This document shows, piece by piece, positions 1 to 9,562 of a DNA stretch of 64,000 bases. The stretch is from assembly GCA_973895155.1 (NCBI GenBank), contig OZ316892.1:11720238-11784237 (forward strand). Reading direction: 5' to 3'. How positions within the stretch are numbered: position 1 is the first letter of the stretch; each line of letters begins with the position of its first letter. Below the pieces are notes generated by a model. It did not search any database. It was given only the letters and a program-made list of their open reading frames with translations, and had not been told where the DNA came from. Made by a program: the position numbers and the translations under genes. Source of the stretch: Marsupella aquatica (Eukaryota > Plantae > Marchantiophyta).

Positions 1-437
1 AGGTCTTCAAAAATCTCTTGAACCATTCTTGGGACATCCATCCCACCGTCCTCAGTGACTGCCTCTCCATCTCCATCTTGGTCATCCACGTTCTCATGTT
101 GGACCCCAGGACCATCCTCTGCACAGTCTATGTCCTGCTCTACGTAGTCTCTACGCCTAGCTGTATTAGAATCCACAAAGTCAGCTCTCCACTCTTCATC
201 AGAGGAGTCTTCTTCTGCTGGTACATTCCAAACCCTCCATCGAGGGTGCCTTTCATGCCGCAGCAGGTGAAGGTGCACAGTGTTCAAACTCAACGACTTG
301 AATCCTTGGCACTGTGTGCATGGGCATCTCATCCTCCTACTCCTACCTTGGGCGGCCCGGGCTTGTTCACGCATCCACAATTTAGAATCATGATGCCTAA
401 TCCTAAATGGGTTGTGAAGAGGCAACCTTGGAGCCAT
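1..437 (-). CDS. N-terminus of a CACTA/En-Spm (TnpD/Tnp2-type) transposase; runs off the left edge of the window
   Basis: Manual minus-strand translation from ATG at 437 stays open to base 1; it is absent from the ORF track because it has no stop. Translation: MAPRLPLHNPF...RMRCPCTQCQGFKSLSLNTVHLHLLRHERHPRWRVW, then an acidic tract, then MDVPRMVQEIFED. CPCxxC...VxxHL...W followed by an acidic linker matches the transposase-associated domain that begins plant CACTA transposases. The DDE core is outside the window. Confidence 0.72.
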   Translation of the reverse strand, partial: MAPRLPLHNPFRIRHHDSKLWMREQARAAQGRSRRMRCPCTQCQGFKSLSLNTVHLHLLRHERHPRWRVWNVPAEEDSSDEEWRADFVDSNTARRRDYVEQDIDCAEDGPGVQHENVDDQDGDGEAVTEDGGMDVPRMVQEIFED

Positions 438-763
438 CACTATACACACGCACTCAGCACCCTGTCATTTTATTATGCAAGTGAAAAATACACTTCCTGT
501 TAAGGATTTCACCCCCGACTGTACTTGCCAAAATACGTAACGTTCCAAAAAAACAAAAAAACAAAAAATATAGGTGCCTGAGTCATGTACCTATTCTCAA
601 GTGAATGAGACAAAATTCCTAAATGTTTGAGGGTGTCAACTCCTCCGCTGTCCTCACATGTACTGCCTCTGCACGTACATCCATGACCATATCAGAGTCC
701 AATCATGTATAGTCATAGACACAGGTGCCAGGTGCGAAACCGGTGTGAGATGTCCTCATCTTA

Positions 764-1297
764 CTACCACATCAAATACGGATACCAATCCTGTTGTCGA
801 TGCCACTCAGCCCTGAGGTACTCAGGCATGTACATTAAGTCATCAAGGTCTAAACCCTGCTCATGCCATGGTGGTCCTCGATCCGTGCCTACAAGCAGTG
901 GCAGTAGTGCCCTCCATGGTGCACATGTTGCTACCAAGTCCCTCCACTGGGTACTAATTAGTCTATATTTGCAGATATCTTGTGCGCCAGACACCACAAG
1001 AACCCTCGGCCAGACATGTGTAAGAACTATATCATTTGCCAAATCAGGCAACAAGGAACCACCTACAGCATCGTGCTTGTCTAACTCATCTGCTGAAAAG
1101 TAAATGTCCTCTTCCGACTGTGCATCCTCATTCACCACAGCATTCACAACACATCCAAGGTCTGCAGGCATTATCTCGGATGGAGCTACACTCTGTCTGG
1201 TTACCAATCCACACAAGTAAGCCCAAGCAGTAGCCATGCACGATGCAACCCGTAGGAGGACCCTACATAGGGCCTGACGGTCTGGAAGAGGCAGCAT
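764..1297 (-). CDS. Small F-box-like protein (transposon cargo)
   Basis: LLPDLANDIVLTHVWPRV...ICKYRLISTQWRDLV resembles the plant F-box consensus (LPxLPxDI...LxRV...RxVSxxWRxLV). First ATG at 1297 (ORF track starts at TTG 1333). No kelch or LRR substrate domain is visible. Confidence 0.55.
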   Translation of the reverse strand: MLPLPDRQALCRVLLRVASCMATAWAYLCGLVTRQSVAPSEIMPADLGCVVNAVVNEDAQSEEDIYFSADELDKHDAVGGSLLPDLANDIVLTHVWPRVLVVSGAQDICKYRLISTQWRDLVATCAPWRALLPLLVGTDRGPPWHEQGLDLDDLMYMPEYLRAEWHRQQDWYPYLMW

Positions 1298-1557
1298 ACC
1301 CACCAAAGTCTTCAGCCAAACAGAGCCCAGCAAGTAGATTCACAGTCACACCCCACGCAGCAGGAAACAACAATCACTTCAACTGCGACCAACCATGACA
1401 AGATGAGTTAGTTCAAGGATCACATTTATTACAAAATTGTGATTTATACAAAAATATGAGGGACTCCTACTCCTCACTCTCTCCCACCTTTGCTAAGCAT
1501 ACATCTCCGCTGAATCTTGGAGGGCCAGGCCTCAAAAATATCAAAGTCCCAAGCATT

Positions 1558-2322
1558 CTATCGCTTCCCTCTAGCTGCTGATTCCAGAAGCCAATCAGGG
1601 GAAAGCACCCAAAGATTGTTGTTCATGACAAAATCACGCACTATTGTCTTAAAGAATTTTCTGCATATTTTCATGTATGACAGACCTACAACATGAGTGG
1701 AGGTTTCTGTTAGACTCTCCTCCACTGTCCCACCTAGCTCAACAACTATAGACTTGTACAATCTGCACTTAGTCTCCCCAATTCCTTCTTCTGCAAATAC
1801 CACACTGAACCCCTTCATAATGGTATTTCTCTCCTTGCCATGCTCATTCAATATAGCATCTGCACGCATAGGATGGTGTCCTATGTTGACAATAGGTCCA
1901 TATTGGACAGAAGCAAAGTTGGGTTTCTCTGTCGCTGCTTCATAGGCTTCCTTTTCAGCCAAAGCCTCTGCAGTGGCCTCCTCACTCTCCCACAACTCAT
2001 ATTGCTCAATACTCTGTACACACCTATGTTTAACAGAATCGGTCAGCCAAGAGACTTCAACTACTTTTAGACCTTGGTTGGTAATGGCAGAATCAATGAA
2101 GGACCATGACCACTTGTTCATCACATCCAGCCATGTCCCCGCAACAACATGTGTAGTCTGTGGAGTGATGTCCTTGACTTCAGTCCCATGGAACTCTGAG
2201 AATCGTTTTTGTACGATTGGCCAACTCACTTGGGTGAACCCATAGTGGCCAGGAATCAAAATGGCTTTGATTCCAGCCAACAGAGGCGGGTGGTCAACCT
2301 TTGTATGTTTCCTAGAGGCCAT
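1558..2322 (-). CDS. Tandem BRCT-domain protein, PolX/Pol lambda-like BRCT (transposon cargo); stop at 1558-1560 probably premature
   Basis: Two BRCT signatures: TTHVV...KVVEVSWLTDSV...QYEL and IVVELGGTV...STHVV...VLSPDWLLES. Reading through the TAG gives NAWDFDIF, the expected BRCT C-terminal strand. ATG at 2322. Confidence 0.75.
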   Translation of the reverse strand: MASRKHTKVDHPPLLAGIKAILIPGHYGFTQVSWPIVQKRFSEFHGTEVKDITPQTTHVVAGTWLDVMNKWSWSFIDSAITNQGLKVVEVSWLTDSVKHRCVQSIEQYELWESEEATAEALAEKEAYEAATEKPNFASVQYGPIVNIGHHPMRADAILNEHGKERNTIMKGFSVVFAEEGIGETKCRLYKSIVVELGGTVEESLTETSTHVVGLSYMKICRKFFKTIVRDFVMNNNLWVLSPDWLLESAARGKR

Positions 2323-2920
2323 GTACACACGGGCCACCTAATCACTGCAGACCGGAAGATAATGCGTTCACCTGATAATCGGAGGGCCCTTAAAATGCTG
2401 CGTTTATAACTTGGTCCAGTCCAGTCGTCTGGTGAGTCTCTGCTCCGATTCCAAACGGGAGAAATATTGGGACAAACGTACTAGACACCTGCAAGCATGC
2501 ACCTCATAGTTTGAATATGTGCCTTCACAATATTGAAGGTGACAAGTGCAATTGTTTTGTGATGCCACATACAGATGTTGTAAATGGGCAGACATTCAAT
2601 GAGAATACAAAATGTTGGTACACTTTAAGGGAATTCTCGCAAATTAAATAGCCTTGTAACTTATATGCTCATAATGAGAAGTCCTGATTTAATTTAAGCA
2701 GTGTCATGTAAGTCGTGATCAAAATGATTGCAGAGTTAAAAAAGTTCCTAGAAGGCTTAAGGGGAGTTTTTGAAGGCATGTACCCAGGAACAAGTAATGA
2801 ACTTAGGGTACTTGTTGCCTAAGCATCCTCTCCTACAGAGGTCCTTCTTCTCAAAATTGGAATGTCTGCAATCTCCAAGGTATCCACATCAGGTGCACTA
2901 TGCATGTACATTATTCAGGT

Positions 2921-3601
2921 TCAAAGCCAAGAAATGTGATCTCTCATGGGAGTGTGCAAAGTAGGATCTATGGCATGGCGATGACAATAGAAGATCCATC
3001 GATCAACACCATGTGCAGAGTGATCATAGATGTGTCTGTCACAAGCATAGCCTTCTGCTTGACGCTCCTTCAAACAATGAAAGTGCCACATGGTGGGACA
3101 CCTAACACAGTGGACTATGTCCACCTAGAAATCTTCATCGTGCTGACCACATGCCTTGCACTTATGAAGTGGGCAAGCTGTGGCAAGATCGGGCAAACAT
3201 GAAAAACAAAAGAACCTCACACAATATCTGTCAGGGCATTTCCTAACAAGTGGTGGAGCATCAACAGAGCCCTCATAAGACCCCAACTTCCCACACTGTG
3301 CACACTTAGCCTGCTTCTCCAAACAATCAGTGCACATCCAGCCTCCCTGGTGTGCTGACGGGAGGCCCACCCCTGGACAGTTGTTTTCTACAGCAAGGTC
3401 AGACTCCGGGTTGAGGTGGAAATGCCTCATGCAAGGGCCCTCACATATGGCTAAGCCACCACCATCGTCACAAATGGCACAACAATGAGCTGCCTTCTGG
3501 AAAATCTGACTTGCGGAGAAGTTACTACCATCTGGCCCAACTACACCTGTGTTGCTCACCTCTGTCCCCCGCTTCTTGGCTCAGATTTTAGGGCATGCCA
3601 T
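2921..3601 (-). pseudogene. Stand-alone EDM2-type (NSD-like) tandem PHD finger cassette with two in-frame stops (transposon cargo)
   Basis: ORFs 3125..3559 and 2921..3124 are one frame split by TAG at 3125-3127. An upstream ATG at 3601 is split off by TGA at 3581-3583. Motif order CAICDDGG-L-CEGPCMRHFH...C..C..KQAKCAQCGKLGS...CPLHKC..C...HCVRCPTMWHFHCL...IFYCHRHAID..LHTPMRDHI follows the PHD region of plant EDM2. Confidence 0.78.
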
Positions 3602-4270
3602 GCCTACGCATGAGACAGATAGTACAATTTAGCAGAGTGCACAGACAATACAATTTAGTGCAGTGTACAAAAAGTACAGTGTAGCATATAGACTAGAGTG
3701 GCAATTGCTACTGCAATGAAATGTTCACACACATGTGCAGAGTAGACATACTTTTTGGTTTGTTGAGCCCACACTAAAAACTGATCCCCTCGTACAATAG
3801 CTCCACCTACACCTCAATTTTGTGGCTATGATTCACCAAAGGAGATCTGCAACAAGATTTAATGCATTTGAATCACATATAACAGTCGTGACATGTAAAA
3901 CAGGCATTTTTTGAACAGGATTGGTATCAAGCACTGTGATCAGGGTTGTAATTTATACATCCTAAATAGGCTATGATAGTGAATGAGACAAATAAGTTAG
4001 GCAGAAATCACTTTTTCTAGGTTATCACATGGCCCATTAATTCCAGTCTTTGAAAGGAGACTTTTAAGTGAGCTTGCTAGCCTCTTAAATTAGGATATTG
4101 TACTTAGTGCAGCCATAATAGGATAAGTTATGTACTGTTGACCCTAAACCCTGGACCCAAAATTGGTCATAATTCAAAATCTTAAGTAAATATCCTCTCT
4201 GTTCAAGTCAAAGTGTTAAGTTATAGGTCAATGGTCTCTGGTTTGTGCATGCGGGGTGACAAGTGGTCCT

Positions 4271-4720
4271 CTAGAGCGTGTGATCCAAACATGTGTAGAC
4301 ACCAAAGTGACCGGTGGTGGGGTCTGGGAGGGCAGGACAAGTGACATCGCCAGGCACACTGCAGGATGGCGAGTGGTTCCAGATGATACATTGTGCTCTG
4401 TGAAAAAACCGACATCCAAGAGAACGGTCATCCAACTCTAGGCCAGAAGCCCTACAGGCAGGACAGTCATATTGGCAACTGTGCACACACCCTTGGGCCC
4501 TAATTTGTGGCGGGTCATGTACTAGAGACAGAAATACCAAGGATGTTGGAAAGGGTGGAGAAGCAGGTACAGGCCGGCTGTAGTTGTTCCTGGCAACAAT
4601 TGGGTACTCAAAGTACCATGTAGACTGGGCTGGAAGGATCCCAAGTCTGACATACTCAAGGCGCAACATCTCTGCCTTGCGTGCAAGCCGCACATGTTCA
4701 GCGTTGCGGGTCCTCACCAT
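4271..4720 (-). CDS. Unknown Cys/His-rich protein (transposon cargo); TAG at 4271-4273 possibly premature
   Basis: 149-aa ATG ORF co-oriented with the other cargo ORFs. It contains CVHSCQYDCPAC and further Cys/His residues. Read-through adds RTTCHPACTNQRP. Confidence 0.4.
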   Translation of the reverse strand: MVRTRNAEHVRLARKAEMLRLEYVRLGILPAQSTWYFEYPIVARNNYSRPVPASPPFPTSLVFLSLVHDPPQIRAQGCVHSCQYDCPACRASGLELDDRSLGCRFFHRAQCIIWNHSPSCSVPGDVTCPALPDPTTGHFGVYTCLDHTL

Positions 4721-7700
4721 AAGTGTTGCTTTTGTGGAGATGTTGTGTGTTCACGTCCTCTGATAAGCACCTTCGATCAGCAAGGTGAGCAGGAGCTGTA
4801 CTTGCCTCACCAACAGCAACCAACCTTAAATTATCAGTTCCCACTCACTGTGTCATTCCATTGGTTCCAGCTCGGGGTCACAGTGTAAACATAGCATGAA
4901 ACACTCCTAATCAACTTGCTTACAAACTACAATATCCAGAAAGAGTGAAAGTCTCACCCTCTAGTGAGCAGCAGAGAGGTAGTTCAGTAGATGTGTTGAT
5001 GTGCAGTTAAACCTCCACTATTGCTTACTTCTGGTGTATGCTGCTCAGAAGAAGACATATTAGTAGCAGCAAATTGCAAATAATGGCCATAAGCAAACCG
5101 TGAGAGTTTGCAGAATGCTACGACAAATCCATCACAGCAGTGCTCCACAGGAATGAAACCAAGCAAAATTTGGTGACCTCGGCCAATGACAAGGCCAATG
5201 TAGTGAACAATCCTTGACCGATCAGGATATGGATTGGAATTACAATTAGTCAGCTCTTCTTCTTTGTTTTCTAACTCTGGGGGAAATGAGCATGACCAGG
5301 GAATTCTCTGAGAAATAGAAGTGCACAGGGAAAATGAAATTGGCTCATTCAGCTGCGCAAGACCGGCCATTGCAGCATACTTGGACAGTTGTTCCGCAAT
5401 ACATAAAATACCCTAACTTACATGCAATCGATACAATCTGCTTCTGTTGGCTGTCCTACAGCTCACGACAGTGCCGTTGGGATAGGGTAAGTGAATATTG
5501 CCATAGTTGAAGCACATTGAGCTTGCAGCAAGAAGTGAAGGAGCATGGCCAAAAGCAGAAAAGACAGACAGGTTTTACAAGAAGAAACTAACAACCGCCA
5601 ATCTGCTCAAATCCGCTGCATAGATCAAACCCTCCAAACTACACAGCCCTCCTTTGAAAACAATCCAATGTGCTTTGGCTGGTGGATGACAAGGACTGGG
5701 AGAAGAGGAAACGTCTACACAATCAATCCAAATGACGGGACACAGAGACCAGGCACAAAGAGGATTTGTGCTTAGACAAAAACCACAAATTGTAGCATGG
5801 GCGCCATAGCATTGGGCGGCAATGGGAAGAATTACATCAAATGAGTGGACAGAGAATGAACAGTCCGGTTATAGGCAAACAGCGACTGATGCCCTGATGC
5901 AATGAAACACGCATTGACATAGCGGAGGGACATAAAAACTACATAAGCCAACTTACTGACCTTTTAAGGCCCACAATTTCAAGGGGAGGGACAAAGACAG
6001 CAGTAACAGACGCAGAGACAAAGCTGTACTCTGTCAATTGAGTAGGCAAGTGGGTGGGTGAAGATCAACAACCAATGTAGCAGCGCAACCAGAGTAGCAA
6101 CAAAGAAGCAGGTTGCCCTCAGTCTCCTATTTTTCAAGCAGCTCATGCTCGCGGTCAATCTCCTATTCTGCAAGCAGCTCACGCTCGTCCCTCTTGTTCT
6201 GCAAGCAGGTCATTCTTGTCGGCGATGGTGCAAGCTGTCCTCCTAAACTCTGACACTCAAAATGAAAAGACCAAGCACCTCCAATCTGTTTGATCCCTTC
6301 CGCAAGTAGCCGAGCGGCAGACGATAATGTAGGGATCAAGAACCAAGTGCCAGGCGGACATTGCACAAAATGAGGACCGGGGGCAGAGACAAAATCTACC
6401 GAAATCTACCAAAATCTACTTCTTGGGGTCCAGCCCACGGATGGACATCATGCAAGGTGGTCAAAAATGGTAAGTGCAATTGTTGGAGAGCTGTACTCGC
6501 GATTACTAACGGTGCATCCACAAAACGCGTCATCAAGTTGTCAGTGCGGCCACAACAATTTTGACAGTCTCAGGATCACAGGTCCACAAACAAGTTGCAA
6601 ATGAAGACACACAACGTCCAGGAGGGAAAGTCCGCAACACTAACCCTTTGTAAAGCCCCCGAGCTTACCTTCTAGCTGCCGACGCAAAGAGAAAACCTAC
6701 TCGGACATTGAAGCAACCCTAAACTCAAAGTCTCACCTTAGCGCAACAACTCCTGGATTGGATTCAGCTAGCTCAGGCTGAATCCCACAAAAGGACAGAG
6801 GACAACATCGAAAAGCAATGTAGCCATGATGTCTTACCAGCAACGGGATCTTTAAACTTAAGGCGGTGCACTCGGCTTAAATGGCAGCAGGTAAAGGTAT
6901 TTTCTTCAACAACTATAGTGGTAATGTTACCCGTGCTTTTGTTCTCTGTCGTGGTGCTGCAGCAACTCCCTCCGTAGCCCAAGCCTAAGGTGCAAATCAC
7001 CAGCTCGCTGCTCTTGCTACTTGCTAGTGCCCTTCACTGAAACGCAAAACAACACAAAGACGTAAGATGACTGACTGGAAGACAATCCCGACAACCTCAT
7101 ATGACAGACTGCTTTTCTAGTGTGAAGAAATACATGATTACAAGCAACACCACGCCTCATCCAAGCAGGGATGTACATGAATACAACAACAAAAATTTGC
7201 ATACAACGATGGCCCGGTCACTTGAGGCTTTCGAGCCCTCACAATGTCAGATGGTACCAGGATCTACAAGGGATGCTAAATGGCTTCTCTCAAATCATGG
7301 AGTCTTGAATAACTCATATCCAGCGACAAACAAACTCAACAAATTCTGAATTCCTACCGAATCCAATCAAAATTGGCAATTTCAGCAGCTTCGACTGCCA
7401 AGACAAATCATAACGAATTTCATTGTGTTGGGGTTTTCCATAACTCTTCAGCCATAGGGAGAATGTGCTGAACCTAATGTACCATTCAATCAGGCAAGCT
7501 GTATGCTATGGAGGTATGACATTGCTCAAAATAGGATGGACCAGAGGAGATGTAGCTACTACGCAGCCAGCTGAGAACAGAGCGGAGCGAATCTACTTGA
7601 GCTCTGCTACTTGTTGTTTGGTTTTTGGGCATGAGTGTAAGGAGTGGGTGCGCAAGCCAGGGCCTATAGTAACCTTCAGCCTGTAGAGGCAATGAAAGTA

Positions 7701-7906
7701 TTCAACAGACAACCCAACAAAACAATGTGGAACTAAAGTTGCTGGAAAAGGGATGAAAGAAGCGCACTTTCAGCTGCATGGCCGGGACTAACCTTTGGCT
7801 GATGACATTGATAACCAATGGCAGCACTGTCAACTGCTTCCTCCTAACAAACAACCGGCTCCCAATTTTGCAACTGCTCTTTAAGCTCCACGACCTCCTT
7901 CACAAC

Positions 7907-8138
7907 TCCAATGTCCACCTTCCACAGCAGCAACGATTGCCTCCCTGCTCAGCCTCCTTTCAATGCCTCCGCAAGCTTTAAGGACCCACTGCAGTCCACC
8001 TTCCGCAGTGGTCGCCTTCCACAGCGCCTTCACAACTCCAATGTCCACCTTCCGCAGCAACAAACGATTGCCGCCCTGCTCACGCCTCCTTTGAATGCCT
8101 CCGCGACCTTAAGGACCCACTACAGTTAAACTTCCGCA
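7907..8138. repeat. ~120-bp tandem duplication (2 copies)
   Basis: ccttcacaactccaatgtccaccttcc...gattgcc...aatgcctccgc...taaggacccact occurs twice in tandem. Confidence 0.8.
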
Positions 8139-8957
8139 ACAATCACCTCACCTTACAATAGACCTTGGCACCGCAACACCTTCCCAGATCACAGCTCCTC
8201 CCCTCAGCTAAACCCTCAGCGCCTCAGTCCCCAGATCATAGCTCCTCCCGAACTGCAACTCACTGAAAACCTAAGCACTAAGGAGTGCCCTCGACATTGT
8301 TGCCGTTGCGCTGCACATTGCCCTGTCGCACGACCATTCTCCTGTTAGAATGGAATGACCTAAGCACTCAGGACTACCCTGGACATTGCCGTTGCGCTCC
8401 ACATTGCCTTGTTGCACATCGTTTCTTGGTAGAAATGGAGAAATCTAGACCTCCGACACAATCTACAAATCCTTTTGCAAGCAACTGGCCCTCTCCTCAA
8501 CAGCTCGCGATGGTAGCACAACCTTCTTGAAACAAATGGCAACACCAAGTCGCTCTGGGTGCAGCCACAACACATCGGCAGTGCGGGTCAGGAGAATTGT
8601 GCAACAATGAGAGGCCCTTCTCTCAAAAATCCCCGAAGAATGAAGCCCTCACAACTAGCTCCGATCGAAGGTTGCAGCAGCCACAACCTTCTTAGCCCTA
8701 CAGCCAAAACCTAAATCCAACGTAAAACCCCGAACCTTGGACCCCTCACGTTTTGCGTCCAATGACGATGGCCCAAACACTCCAAAGTCACTCCCAAAGA
8801 CCAGTTTAGTGCCTCTTTACTAGATTAGGGGACTTAAGTCATTAAGGGGAGCCACTCAACCTTACCGTTTGAGTGAGCCGTTGAGTGTCACCCAAAGTGA
8901 GACACCACTACATTGAAGTGTTACTGCATGGCCATCTTGGGTATTTCAGCAAATTTT

Positions 8958-9315
8958 TCTTGGCTTGGAAAAGTTCAATAAAGCCGGATGTTGGTGAAGT
9001 AGAGCCGACTGTGAATTGAAAATCATGCTAGCCCAAAAATCTTGGGTATGCGTGCACCCGGTTCTTGGCTTGGCAAACTTGAATAGAACGGGATGTTGGT
9101 GACCCCCACCCCCTTGAGACCTAACCGGCCCACCCTTGACATATAAACCCTACTAAACCCCCTTTAGTGGTGACCACCCACACCCTTCACATATAACCGG
9201 CCCACCCTTGAGACGTAAACCCCCCCTAAACCCACTATGGAGTATATGAGACATTAGGGCATTTAGACATGTAGTGAGTTTGTACGTGTTCAATATAGCG
9301 GACGTAAACCCCCCA
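8958..9315. repeat. Cluster of short direct repeats (putative transposon subterminal repeats)
   Basis: ttcttggcttgg...ggatgttggtga x2; tggtgacc...taaccggcccacccttga...taaaccc x2; gacgtaaacccccc x2. Confidence 0.7.
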
Positions 9316-9562
9316 TATGCCCATTATCAAATTGAGGCCCACAACTAAACCCTACAACACTCATGTGCGAGAGTGTTCACCCTTTCACAAAGTAGGGTAC
9401 GTGGAAACTTTTCATAGTCTTATCCTAAACCAAAAAGCACTCACAGTCTTTTGTAGTGTTCATGTGAACCGGTGCAATGGTTCCGAGTCATTTGAAGTTG
9501 TAAAAAAGGACTTAGTGGCCTTAGTCCTATAAGGTTTGGTCTAAATTGCCCCGGTTTTAACA

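Larger units (their letters stand above)
1..9562 (-). mobile_element. 5' portion of a large CACTA-type DNA transposon carrying cargo ORFs; right boundary uncertain (9276 or ~9562)
   Basis: Transposase start at 437 with four co-oriented ORFs upstream. Clustered direct repeats at 8958-9315 resemble subterminal repeats. CACTACATG reads inward on the minus strand from 9276. Helitron homology stops abruptly at ~9560. Confidence 0.55.

Noticed and set aside
18-503. 161-aa plus-strand ORF
   Set aside because: Antisense shadow of the minus-strand transposase frame.
1558-4273. Stop-codon readthrough, recoding or U-to-C editing as the explanation for in-frame stops
   Set aside because: The same stop pattern occurs in the copia and Helitron, host genes use the standard code, and U-to-C editing is organellar. 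Mutational decay is simpler.
8906-9276. Small stand-alone CACTA element (CACTACAT...ATGTAGTG)
   Set aside because: Only 8 bp of inverted match, and the flanking triplets (CAC vs AGT) do not form a TSD.
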